From Chitinophagales bacterium (GTDB lineage: Bacteria; Bacteroidota; Bacteroidia; Chitinophagales; Saprospiraceae), in assembly GCA_038246345.1 (NCBI GenBank), contig JBBRWA010000001.1, positions 1-57,063 on the forward strand: a stretch of 57,063 bases of DNA, read 5' to 3'. This document shows positions 8,750-17,862 of this stretch, one piece after another (position 1 is the stretch's first letter; each line of letters opens with the position of its first letter). The notes under the pieces are model-generated. The model searched no databases and was not told the origin of the DNA. It saw only the letters and a program-made list of their open reading frames with translations. Made by a program: the position numbers and the translations under genes.

Positions 8750-8794
8750 CACTCATTCACCACTCACCACTCATCTCTCATCACTCATCACTCA
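8750..8794. repeat. family D tandem heptad array (TCAYCAC/CACTCAT), copy D1
   Basis: cactcat tcaccac tcaccac tcatctc tcatcac tcatcac tca. It ends 4 nt before the rhodanese ATG at 8799. Confidence 0.85.
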
Positions 8795-8798
8795 AAAT

Positions 8799-9113
8799 AT
8801 GGAGATTACTGTCCAACAACTTAAAGAAAAACTCAATTCAGGCGATAAATTTCTGTTGCTCGATGTGCGCGAGCCCTGGGAATTTGAAGAATTTAACCTG
8901 GGTGGCCAGCTTATGCCAGTCGGTGACCTCATGAATAAAATGTGGGAACTTGAAGACCAAAAAGAAGCCGAAATCGTAGTGCATTGCCGCTCTGGCGCAC
9001 GGTCGGCCATGGCGCAAGGCTTGCTGATGGCCAATGGCTTCAAAAACGTGCGCAACTTGAAAGGTGGCGCCATAGAATGGGAGGCCGTATTTGGAAAGGG
9101 TGTGAAACCCTGA
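8799..9113 (+). CDS. rhodanese-like sulfurtransferase domain protein
   Basis: 104-aa ORF with LLDVREPWEF and active-site loop HCRSGARS. Confidence 0.85.
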   Translation: MEITVQQLKEKLNSGDKFLLLDVREPWEFEEFNLGGQLMPVGDLMNKMWELEDQKEAEIVVHCRSGARSAMAQGLLMANGFKNVRNLKGGAIEWEAVFGKGVKP

Positions 9114-11504
9114 TCACTCCTGCCAATACACCCGTTTCACCCGTTCCGCCACATTCGTAAACACCTCATACGGAATGGTTTGCAGGCAAGCCGCGAGTTC
9201 CTGCGCCGCAGGATTCTCTCCAAACACCAGCACCTCATCGCCCGCCTGGGCTGCGGGAATAAGCGTTATGTCTATCATGCACATATCCATGCAGATATTG
9301 CCGACAGTGGGCGCTTTTTGTCCGCGAACCAATATGCTGTACCGTCCATTGCCTGCCAGGCGGAGTAGTCCGTCAGCATAGCCAATGCTGATGGTCGCAA
9401 TGCGCTTGGGCTGCTCCAGTATACCGCTGTTGCGGTTGTATCCTACCGAGTCGCCCACAGGAATATTTTTGATCTGGCTGATGGTCGCCTTTAGCACATT
9501 CACCGTGCGGAGCTGCTGTTGGATTTTTTCGCCGCCTATACCATATAGCCCAATGCCCAGGCGTACCATGTCGAAATGGTATTCCGGGAAATGTTCGATC
9601 CCACCAGTATTGCAGATATGCCGGATGGGCGCATAACCAAGCCCGGATTTCAGGGTCTCGTATATTTCAGTAAAAACTGCCGCTTGTTTGTGGGTAAAGG
9701 CGTTGTGCGCCGGATTGTCGCTGGCAGAAAGGTGGGAAAAAACGGATTGAACCCGCAAATTGGGATGGGCGTTCAGGTGCGCCAACAAGGCTGGAATATC
9801 AGCGTGCTCAAAACCCAGGCGGTGCATGCCGGTGTCAATTTTCAAGTGAATATCGAGCTGCTTCTCCTTTCCGCTGTATTCTATCAGCCCTGCCAGCATC
9901 GACAGGCTGTATATCTCTGGTTCCAGTCTGTAGCGATACAAGGCATCAAAACTCGCTCGTTCGGGGTTTAGAACCAAAATGGGCGATCGAAGCCCTGCCT
10001 GCCGCAGCTCAATGCCTTCGTCGGCATAAGCCACACCGAGGTAATCGACTCGGTGAAACTCCAGCAATTTGGCTACTTCTGCCGAGCCGGAGCCATAGCC
10101 TGCTGCCTTCACCATCGCCATCATTTTCGCGCCGGGGCGCAGTAGTTTGTTGTACACATTGAGGTTGTGCACCATGGCGGTAAGGTTCACCTCCATTACA
10201 GTTTTGTGGGACTTCTGTTCCAGCCGCCGGGCAATGCGCTCAAACTCAAAAGGCCGTGCACCTTTCAGCAAGATGGTTTCGTCGTGAAAATCGGCGTTTT
10301 CAAGTTGCTGCAAAAAACTGCTTGTATCAGGGAAAAGCTCCAATGAAAAGCCTACGGGCAACAGCGTTTGAATGGCCGGAATTGCCGTGCCAATGCCAAT
10401 GAGCCGCTGTACGCCCTGCGCTTGAATGGCTGCGGCCACTTCGCCCCAGAGGATTTTGGGCGGCATGCCGCTTTGCAAAATATCGGAAAGCACCAGGGTG
10501 AGTCGGCCATTGCGCGCTTGTTGCCGGGCGAATTGAAGCGCGATGCGCAGGCCCGCTAGGTCGTTGTTGTAAAAGTCGTTGACAAGGGTACAATCGCGGA
10601 TGCCGGCTTTTAGCTCGAGCCGCATTTCCACAGGTTCCAAACGGCGTATGCGCTCGGCAATAGCTGTTTCGGCTACACCCAAGAGCTCCAAAACTGACTT
10701 GCAAAGCATCGCGCCTTGCGCCAGTCCACCAGCAGGTGCCGGGAATGGAAATTCCCAGTCCTTCGAAAATACCCACTTTGCACCAGGTACCTGAGTGCCC
10801 CAGGTGGGATGCTCGCCATCATTCGGTGGACTTGGGGGCGCTATCAGCCATTCTACGCCCTCAAAAAGCTTCATTTTTTCTTCCAACTTTTGCCCCTCGG
10901 AACTAAAGCCTTCCTGGTGCGCTGGCCCAAGATTGGTGAATACGCCGATGGTTGGTCTAATGATCTTGGCCAGCTTTTCCATTTCGCCAGGTTGGGAGAT
11001 ACCCGCCTCGAAAATGGCCAGGGTATGGTGTTCATTCATTTGCCAAACAGAGAGCGGCACGCCCACCTGGGAGTTGTAACTTTTGGGGCTGCGCACGATG
11101 TTGAAGTCTGGGGAAAGCAGTTGCCAAAGCCACTCTTTTATGACGGTTTTACCCGCGCTGCCCGTGATACCAATTACGGGAATATTGAAGCGGGAACGGT
11201 GGAAAGCTGCCAAAGCTTGCAAGGCATCGAGGGTGTCATCTACGCGCAACACATTGGCATCGGGCAGTTTTTCAAGGTCAATTTCCTGACAAACGACAAA
11301 CTGCCGCACCCCGCGTTCATACAAGTCGTCGAGAAAGCGATGGCCATTGTGGCGTTTTCCCGGCAGGGCAAAAAACAAGGATACCGTCGGTGCCACCACT
11401 TGCCTGCTGTCGATCAGCAGGTTTTCGATACGGGCATCAGCTTCCCGAGTTTGTAACCAGGTGGCAGAAAGGATTTGTTGGATACGGGATATAGAATAGG
11501 CCAA
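9114..11504 (-). CDS. murF-alr: bifunctional UDP-N-acetylmuramoyl-tripeptide--D-alanyl-D-alanine ligase (MurF) / alanine racemase (Alr)
   Basis: 796-aa ORF. The N-terminal half has the Mur ligase P-loop GITGSAGKT. The C-terminal half has the PLP-lysine motif AMVKAAGYGSG and a racemase C-terminus (GYADG, ICMDMCMID, IPYEVF). Confidence 0.85.
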   Translation of the reverse strand: MAYSISRIQQILSATWLQTREADARIENLLIDSRQVVAPTVSLFFALPGKRHNGHRFLDDLYERGVRQFVVCQEIDLEKLPDANVLRVDDTLDALQALAAFHRSRFNIPVIGITGSAGKTVIKEWLWQLLSPDFNIVRSPKSYNSQVGVPLSVWQMNEHHTLAIFEAGISQPGEMEKLAKIIRPTIGVFTNLGPAHQEGFSSEGQKLEEKMKLFEGVEWLIAPPSPPNDGEHPTWGTQVPGAKWVFSKDWEFPFPAPAGGLAQGAMLCKSVLELLGVAETAIAERIRRLEPVEMRLELKAGIRDCTLVNDFYNNDLAGLRIALQFARQQARNGRLTLVLSDILQSGMPPKILWGEVAAAIQAQGVQRLIGIGTAIPAIQTLLPVGFSLELFPDTSSFLQQLENADFHDETILLKGARPFEFERIARRLEQKSHKTVMEVNLTAMVHNLNVYNKLLRPGAKMMAMVKAAGYGSGSAEVAKLLEFHRVDYLGVAYADEGIELRQAGLRSPILVLNPERASFDALYRYRLEPEIYSLSMLAGLIEYSGKEKQLDIHLKIDTGMHRLGFEHADIPALLAHLNAHPNLRVQSVFSHLSASDNPAHNAFTHKQAAVFTEIYETLKSGLGYAPIRHICNTGGIEHFPEYHFDMVRLGIGLYGIGGEKIQQQLRTVNVLKATISQIKNIPVGDSVGYNRNSGILEQPKRIATISIGYADGLLRLAGNGRYSILVRGQKAPTVGNICMDMCMIDITLIPAAQAGDEVLVFGENPAAQELAACLQTIPYEVFTNVAERVKRVYWQE

Positions 11505-11595
11505 AGTTGTGATTTTTGGGCTCTTAGCAAGAGTCAGCCCTTATTTTTGTTAGCGAAAAAACAGCGAAGAATTCAGGCATTTGCGTATACTTATT

Positions 11596-11659
11596 GGTCG
11601 GACAATGAAAAATCGTCAGACCAAATCGCCCTCGTCCGACCACTTTTCGTGGTCTGACG
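11596..11659. other. interleaved inverted repeats (pseudoknot or alternative-hairpin topology)
   Basis: ggtcggac (11596-603) pairs with gtccgacc (11634-641). cgtcagacca (11614-623) pairs with tggtctgacg (11650-659). Order is x-y-x'-y'. Confidence 0.6.
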
Positions 11660-11819
11660 AATAAGGATAAACGAATACAGCCTTTCTCCTAGTGCCTCCA
11701 GCTGAAAACACCAAGGTTTCACCAAAATTCGGGATGACTCAATTTTAGCCACAAAATTCAGCTTTTATTTCCTGAAAACGCAAAAACAGCAATAATTGCA
11801 AATCATCTTTCACGCGGAT

Positions 11820-11827
11820 TACTTTTG
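11820..11827 (+). promoter_or_regulatory. candidate -7 box (TAnnTTTG) for tsaE
   Basis: TACTTTTG at 11820-11827. If real, it excludes the ORF-track start at 11796. Confidence 0.3.
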
Positions 11828-11831
11828 CCAG

Positions 11832-12272
11832 ATGAAATTTATGGTCAATTCTCCTGATGCGCTGCCCGGCCTAATGTCCCAGGTACTTGAAGCGCTCCAA
11901 GGCCGCCGAAAAGTGGCGCTATACGGCGAAATGGGCGCCGGCAAAACAACCTTCGTGCGGGCGTTCTGCCAATACCTCGGCGTAGAAGGCAATCCTTCCA
12001 GTCCGACGTATTCTCTGGTGAATGAATACGCCTACACAGCACAGGATGGCTCCACGGCATTGTTTCACCACTTAGACCTTTATCGGCTAAAGAACACCCG
12101 GGAAGCCCTGGATATCGGCATTGAGGAGTTGCTGGACGACCCCTGGTATTGTTTTATTGAGTGGCCGGAGTTGGTGGAGGAGCTGCTGGGGGAGGATGTG
12201 GTGCGAATGCGGTTGGAGATGGTTGGGGAGGAAGAGCGGGTGCTTTGGGTTGGGGGTTTGTATCAGGATTAA
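11832..12272 (+). CDS. tsaE: tRNA threonylcarbamoyladenosine biosynthesis ATPase TsaE
   Basis: LYGEMGAGKTTFVRAF (P-loop), SPTYSLVNEY and HHLDLYRL. The start is ambiguous between 11796, 11832 and 11841. I chose 11832. Confidence 0.8.
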   Translation: MKFMVNSPDALPGLMSQVLEALQGRRKVALYGEMGAGKTTFVRAFCQYLGVEGNPSSPTYSLVNEYAYTAQDGSTALFHHLDLYRLKNTREALDIGIEELLDDPWYCFIEWPELVEELLGEDVVRMRLEMVGEEERVLWVGGLYQD

Positions 12273-12441
12273 TAGGATTTTTAGACTATTCAGGATTATT
12301 GGTGTCTGCTCCTAACCCGACCACGGGCTTCGTGAACATGTCAACATTACTCCCCCAAAGGAATCATTAATGTTTTTTAACGGTGGTAAATTGCTGCTGC
12401 GCCAGGGCGTAAGCGATGGGCAAAGTTTCTTTGATACGCAA

Positions 12442-13608
12442 TTAACTATTTTCCTTCGGTGCTATTTTCTTAACAGCCCGCTTCTGAGCTTCAAAGCGCG
12501 CAAAATTCGACAAGCCCATTTCATCAATCACCCCAACCAGTCCGTTGTCGTCTACCACGCCGATGATGCCATGGCCCTGGTGCCGAATCAAATGGTTGAC
12601 TTTCAGCAAAGAATCTGAGATGTGCACGACTTCCGGGCTGTGCATGAACTGGCCAATCTCCGTCGTTACGTTCGACTTTTGCATAGCCTTGATAATTTCG
12701 CCTTCGTCCAATACACCGACCAGCGTTTCCTGAAAATCAAACACCAGGAAATGTCGCTCCAGTCCGTGCCGCAGCAGCTCAATGGCAGAAAGCATCCAGT
12801 CGTTGTTGCGCAAGCGGGTGTATTGTCGGCGCACAAGATCCTTGGCGGTGTAGCGGCTCATAAAATCCTCTGTCTGCACCATGTCGTTCTCGCTGCGGGC
12901 AGCATAGATCACAAATATGCCCAAAATGGCGAGCATAAAAGCGTCGTTCATAAGCCCGTATGCAACCAGCCCAAGCGCGATGACCTGGCCTACCGTGGCA
13001 GCAATGCGGGTGGCCTTGGCCCTGCCGGTACGCATGGAAAGCAGGGCGCGAAACACCCGGCCACCGTCCATAGGGAAGGCAGGTATCATGTTGAACACCA
13101 CCAAAGCAATATTTGTAGCTGTGAGGTTGACGGCAAATTGCAACAACTGCGGGATTTGCACATTGGCCTCTTCGATCATGTCTTCGCTGTTGTTTTCCAA
13201 TATGACATTGCGCAGCATATCCAGGTGTACGGGATCAGCAAAAATGCCGATCAATACCATCAAAATGATGGCGATGGCCACATTGACCAAAGGCCCTGCG
13301 ATGGCTACGATAAACTCCTGCATGGGTTTTTCAGGCATTCGTTCCAGTCGGGCAACGCCGCCGATGGGCATTAGCACAATGTCCCTGGTTTGTACCCCAT
13401 AGCGCCGGGCCGACAGCGCGTGGCCGTATTCGTGCAGCAGCACGCACACGAAGAGCGCCATAAACAGCGCCGTGAGCCAAACGGTTTCATAAACGGAGAG
13501 GCCATTGGCTTGGGCATGCCATAGTATGTAGACGAAAATCAATCCAAATGTCCAGTGAAGGAAAACAGGGATGCCAAACCAGGTAAAAAGCTTTAGTGCG
13601 CCGCGCAT
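12442..13608 (-). CDS. site-2 protease family (M50) zinc metalloprotease with C-terminal CBS pair
   Basis: HEYGHAL (HExxH) in a TM helix, a second motif AFPMDGGRV, and a C-terminal CBS-like tandem. Confidence 0.85.
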   Translation of the reverse strand: MRGALKLFTWFGIPVFLHWTFGLIFVYILWHAQANGLSVYETVWLTALFMALFVCVLLHEYGHALSARRYGVQTRDIVLMPIGGVARLERMPEKPMQEFIVAIAGPLVNVAIAIILMVLIGIFADPVHLDMLRNVILENNSEDMIEEANVQIPQLLQFAVNLTATNIALVVFNMIPAFPMDGGRVFRALLSMRTGRAKATRIAATVGQVIALGLVAYGLMNDAFMLAILGIFVIYAARSENDMVQTEDFMSRYTAKDLVRRQYTRLRNNDWMLSAIELLRHGLERHFLVFDFQETLVGVLDEGEIIKAMQKSNVTTEIGQFMHSPEVVHISDSLLKVNHLIRHQGHGIIGVVDDNGLVGVIDEMGLSNFARFEAQKRAVKKIAPKENS

Positions 13609-13612
13609 GTAT

Positions 13613-14374
13613 TTAATTTTCGGCCGCTGAGGCCTGTTTTTCAGGTTTTGACGCGATCACGATGTATTGAAAATCGAGTGCGTCCTTATCAATTTTTTCG
13701 ATATTAAAGCCTGCTGCAAGCAGTTCCTTTTCTACCTGATTCAATGCTACTTTGTATTCATCTGGCGGTCCAACAGGTATGTTGTTCTTCTTGAAGTCGA
13801 TGATGAGCAACCGGCCACCAGGGGAAATACCTTTAATAAGCGTTTTCAAATACTGTATGCGGTTTTCGATGTATCCGTAGGTGTTGACAATCACAACAGC
13901 ATCTGCTTCGCCGGGGCGCAACAAGGGGTCGTTGGGTTTGGCGAGCCGTGCCTCAAATCTTGACCGATACGTCTCTGGCAAGCGCACTTTCATGCTATCC
14001 AAAAAGGAAATGAAACGTTGATCGATGTCAATACCGATCACTTTTTTTGCCTTGGGAACAATTCTAAATGTGAAATACCCCGTTCCGGCGCCAATGTCTG
14101 CTACCGTTTTGTCGTCCAGGTTGCCCAGCAGGGATATAACCATGTTGGGTTTTTGCCAGATTCCCCGATCCTTGTTTTCATAATCAGTGATCAGGTTTTC
14201 AAAGTTTCCCTGACTGTTGGAAGGCTGCTGCATCTGTTCAGAGACGCTCGTGGCGGTAGATGGGTTTTCCCGGAAAAGCGATGGAGCATCCGAATTCGTA
14301 TTCGATTCGTTGCGACAAGCAAAAAACAAGGACACTCCAAGGAGGAATAATGTAGTGGTGATGGCGCGTTTCAT
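13613..14374 (-). CDS. class I SAM-dependent methyltransferase (probable lipoprotein)
   Basis: ORF 13613..14401. The internal ATG at 14374 gives [23 protein letters not shown] motif I is [11 protein letters not shown]. Confidence 0.75.
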   Translation of the reverse strand: MKRAITTTLFLLGVSLFFACRNESNTNSDAPSLFRENPSTATSVSEQMQQPSNSQGNFENLITDYENKDRGIWQKPNMVISLLGNLDDKTVADIGAGTGYFTFRIVPKAKKVIGIDIDQRFISFLDSMKVRLPETYRSRFEARLAKPNDPLLRPGEADAVVIVNTYGYIENRIQYLKTLIKGISPGGRLLIIDFKKNNIPVGPPDEYKVALNQVEKELLAAGFNIEKIDKDALDFQYIVIASKPEKQASAAEN

Positions 14375-14440
14375 AATTTTGTTAGGAGGAGAACAACGCA
14401 AATGTAGGGAAGTTCGCCGATATGGGCTAGGAGTCTATCT

Positions 14441-15772
14441 TTGCCCTGGCATAGAGTTGCAATCACAAATAGTTTGACATTGAAAACGAAATTTTTAAAA
14501 CCGATAAACACCCCGGAGGGACTAAGCTTTTGGAGCGCATGCCTACTGGTGGTCAGCATGGTGGTTTCGCCATTTTTGCTGTCGATCAGCATGTGGGGAC
14601 TCGTAGCAGCAGCCCTTTGGAATGTGGCAGCAAAATTATGTCAGGAAACGCCAGGAGTGTTCCTAAATTCGACCAACACCTGGAAAAAGGCACTGCTGCG
14701 CTCCTTCGAAAATCTCTGGGCAAACAAAAGTTTGACCCTTATGTCGCTCCTGCTGCTGGTGCCGGCATTGAGCATTTTTTGGAGCGAAGACCTAAGTTAT
14801 TGGCTTCGGGTAACGCAGGTGCGGCTCCCCTTTTTGGTGCTGCCCTGGGCATTTGCCAATCTGCCTGTATTGCAGGAACAAGACCACAAAAAGGTGCTAT
14901 ACCTATTGGTGTGGTTTATGGTATTGGTATGTATCGGCGTGGGCATTAACTTTTTATTGCACTACAACGAAATCATAGAAAAACTGGGGCATGGGCAGCC
15001 CATGCCCGTGCCAAGGCAGCATGTTCGTTTTAGCCTGGTGCTTGCTACTGCGATTATTGCTGGCGCCTGGCTATGGCGCACCCGCTTTTATGTGAAATTC
15101 CCTTGGGAACGGCAAGCCTTGGCGATTGCCCTAGCATTCCTTTTTCTATTTATCCATGTCCTTTCTGTGCGCGGGGGGCTTGCTGTTTTATATGCAGCGC
15201 TCCTGGTCTCCATTGCCTGGTACATTCAGCAAACCAAGCGTTGGGCCGTTGGCATCGTCGCCATAATATCCCTTTTCCTGTTGCTCTGGGCTGCTGTAGA
15301 AACCATACCAAGTCTTCGGCAGCGCGTTGCTTACATGCAATACGATTGGAAAAAATATAAAGCCGACGAAGGGGAGACTTATTCAGACGCAGAAAGGTGG
15401 ATATCCCTAAAGGTCGGATTCAGTATATGGGAAAAAAGCCCCTTGCTTGGCACTGGCGCCGGCGATTTGGAGGATGAGGTGATCCGCACAACAGCAGAAA
15501 AATTTCCGGATTATGCTGAAACACCCAAACTGCCGCACAACCAATGGATACACATCATGGCCAGCACGGGATTGTTGGGTTTAGCCCTAAGTCTGGTCGG
15601 TTTTTTTGCGCCTGTTTTCTCCCAAAAAAATCGAAAGAAGTACCTGTTTGTCATCTTTCAGGTCATGGTCTTTACCACCTTTATTATTGAATGCACGCTG
15701 GAAAACGCCATTGGGGTTTCGTGGTATCTTTTTTATACGCTCTGGTTTTTGACTATTGACGGTAGACGGTAG
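14441..15772 (+). CDS. O-antigen ligase (Wzy_C)-like polytopic membrane protein
   Basis: About 10 TM segments with a loop GTGAGD...PHNQWIHIMASTGLLG typical of O-antigen ligase-like proteins. The start is uncertain. The stop TAG lies in the second heptad of A2. Confidence 0.6.
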   Translation: MPWHRVAITNSLTLKTKFLKPINTPEGLSFWSACLLVVSMVVSPFLLSISMWGLVAAALWNVAAKLCQETPGVFLNSTNTWKKALLRSFENLWANKSLTLMSLLLLVPALSIFWSEDLSYWLRVTQVRLPFLVLPWAFANLPVLQEQDHKKVLYLLVWFMVLVCIGVGINFLLHYNEIIEKLGHGQPMPVPRQHVRFSLVLATAIIAGAWLWRTRFYVKFPWERQALAIALAFLFLFIHVLSVRGGLAVLYAALLVSIAWYIQQTKRWAVGIVAIISLFLLLWAAVETIPSLRQRVAYMQYDWKKYKADEGETYSDAERWISLKVGFSIWEKSPLLGTGAGDLEDEVIRTTAEKFPDYAETPKLPHNQWIHIMASTGLLGLALSLVGFFAPVFSQKNRKKYLFVIFQVMVFTTFIIECTLENAIGVSWYLFYTLWFLTIDGRR

Positions 15773-15926
15773 ACGGTGGACGGTTTGGACAGCGATTCGA
15801 GTTGCTTATGGGATGCGTTTTTCAGCACTATTGGCCAGAAAGTGGACGCTGAACCAAACGTGCTGAAAACCGATACCAAACGTGAAAACCAACGTTGTGC
15901 AAACCGTCCACCGTCTACAGTCCACC
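15761..15926. repeat. family A element, copy A2
   Basis: ggtagac ggtagac ggtggac ggtttggac...tttttcagcac...gtgctgaaaacc...tgtgcaaacc gtccacc gtctaca gtccacc. Confidence 0.9.
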
Positions 15927-15935
15927 GTTGAAAAA

Positions 15936-17621
15936 CTAAATCCGCTCCCGGACATACGCCAATATCTCCCCTTCCATCTTTATCGCCTTTTCTAGTATCG
16001 CTTCGCTATCTGCCACCACCTTAACTGCGTACACCTTATCGTCCAGGCCGCCCGTGTTGATTTTCACATTCAGGTAGGCACCGTACACGGCCACGCGGGC
16101 GCACAATGCCCCCACCGCAGCATCCGTGATGGAGTTGGGGTTACCCGTTTCTACCATTTGTTTGATTAGGGGGAAGCTTTCCATGCCCAGTTGCATCACC
16201 TTGAAAGGTATCTCGATGGCTGTTTTTGTTGCCGCCTGGATGGCCGCTTTGCGGGCCGCTTTCTCTGCATCGTTCGATTTGGGCAAGCCGAAAGCATTCA
16301 TAATGAGGGTGAAGGCATCCGTATCTTCATCAACGGCGCGGAGCAGGGCATCCTTGAGTTTTTGGCCTTTTTCGGCGGCATCCGAGAATTCTTCCCAGCG
16401 CTCGTCCCAGCCGCGCTTGTGGCTGCTGAGGTTGGCCGACATGGCGGCCAGGGAAACACCCAGTGCGCCCACGTAGGCACTGATGGAGCCCCCGCCTGGC
16501 GCGGGGCTTTCGCTTGCTGTTTCGTCGGCAAAAGCTACCAGGTCTTTTTTGATCAACTTATTGGCCGCCGCCGCGTCGCCTTTTTCCAGGTTGTATTCGA
16601 TGATTTTTTGCTGCGGATCAAAAGGGGCCAATTCGTCGAGGCCCATTGATTTTACGGCAATTTTTAGCAACTCTTGTTCCGAAACACCGACGCTGCGCTG
16701 TTGTTTTTTTAAAAAATAACGCCCTGCTTCCAGCATCACTTCCAGCGGCACCAATCCGACCAATTCCGAACCCGTGACGCGCATGCCGCGGCGATCGGCG
16801 CTTTCATGGCAAGCTTCAAAGGCCAAATGCAGGGGCGTGAGCCGGGTATCGGTGATGTTCATGGAAATTTGCGCCACGCCGTATTCCTCAATAAACCAGC
16901 CGATGGCCTTTACACCTTTCAACACGCCAGGTTGGCGTTTAGGTTCGCCATTGGCATCCTTCATGGGCTTTCCGGTGGCGGGGTCGTTCATCACACGGCC
17001 TTTTTCCCGGATGTCGAAAGCCACGGAATTGGCGCGACGCACCGATGTGGTGTTCAAATTGACGTTGTAAGCAATCAGAAAATCACGGGCGCCAATAGCA
17101 GTCGCCCCGCTTTTGGCATTGAACGCAGCGGGACCAAAATCCGGTTTCCAATCCGGCTTTGTGAATTTATCAGCCAGCCCCTCGTACTCCCCAGCGCGTA
17201 CGGTGGCCAGGTTCTTGCGTTCCGGGCGACTAGCGGCTGATTCATACAAATAAATAGGTAAATTCAAATCGCGGCCCACACGCGCGCCGAGCTTGCGCGC
17301 CCAGGCAGCCGTTTCTTCCATGGAAATATTGGCGATCGGGATGAGGGGGCAAACGTCAGTGGCACCCATGCGCGGGTGCTCGCCGGTGTGTTTGCTCATG
17401 TCAATAACCGCACAGGCAGTTTTTATCGCTTGAAATGCCGCCTCAAGCACAGCTTCCGGCTCGCCCACAAAAGTGACCACCGTTCGGTTGGTCGCTTTTC
17501 CGGGATCTACGTCGAGTAATTTCACGCCGTCAACGGCCTCAATAGCATCCGTGATTTGTTTTATAACGGCCATATCGCGCCCTTCTGAGAAGTTGGGGAC
17601 GCATTCAATGAGTTGTTTCAT
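15936..17621 (-). CDS. ftcD: bifunctional glutamate formimidoyltransferase / formimidoyltetrahydrofolate cyclodeaminase
   Basis: 561-aa ORF. The N-terminus LIECVPNFSEGRD is the formiminotransferase hallmark. The C-terminal ~200 aa are helical and cyclodeaminase-like. Confidence 0.85.
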   Translation of the reverse strand: MKQLIECVPNFSEGRDMAVIKQITDAIEAVDGVKLLDVDPGKATNRTVVTFVGEPEAVLEAAFQAIKTACAVIDMSKHTGEHPRMGATDVCPLIPIANISMEETAAWARKLGARVGRDLNLPIYLYESAASRPERKNLATVRAGEYEGLADKFTKPDWKPDFGPAAFNAKSGATAIGARDFLIAYNVNLNTTSVRRANSVAFDIREKGRVMNDPATGKPMKDANGEPKRQPGVLKGVKAIGWFIEEYGVAQISMNITDTRLTPLHLAFEACHESADRRGMRVTGSELVGLVPLEVMLEAGRYFLKKQQRSVGVSEQELLKIAVKSMGLDELAPFDPQQKIIEYNLEKGDAAAANKLIKKDLVAFADETASESPAPGGGSISAYVGALGVSLAAMSANLSSHKRGWDERWEEFSDAAEKGQKLKDALLRAVDEDTDAFTLIMNAFGLPKSNDAEKAARKAAIQAATKTAIEIPFKVMQLGMESFPLIKQMVETGNPNSITDAAVGALCARVAVYGAYLNVKINTGGLDDKVYAVKVVADSEAILEKAIKMEGEILAYVRERI

Positions 17622-17679
17622 AGATATTGATCGTAATTATTTTGAATAAGGAGCGGCAAAGGTACGCAATGCTTTTTTC

Positions 17680-17862
17680 GGTAGACGGTGGACGTTAGAC
17701 GGCGGATGGTTTGCTCGGCTTTTGTGATGACTTAATCATTTGTTTTCCAGCACTTAAGTCAATATGTACTAATTATTTTTTTGATTTAAGTGCTGAAAAT
17801 CAATGCTAATCAATAAAGCAGATGCTGTGCAGCCGTCTACCGTCCACCGTCTACCGTCCACC
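17680..17862. repeat. family A element, copy A3
   Basis: ggtagac ggtggac gttagac ggcggat ggtttgctc...ttttccagcac...gtgctgaaaatcaatgctaat...gtctacc gtccacc gtctacc gtccacc. Confidence 0.9.

Noticed and set aside
8648-8794. Possible CRISPR array, considering the tandem repeats here and in the other heptad/octad arms
   Set aside because: The repeat period is 7-8 nt with no spacers. CRISPR repeats are ~24-48 nt and separated by unique spacers of similar size. No cas genes are present.
12622-13374. 250-aa + ORF opposite the M50 protease, and similar shadows at 10716..11456, 26666..27307, 30001..30645, 31830..32411, 39773..40453 and 46631..47212
   Set aside because: Each lies antisense to a gene with strong family motifs and has no motifs of its own. 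His/Arg/Gly-rich composition is typical of antisense frames.
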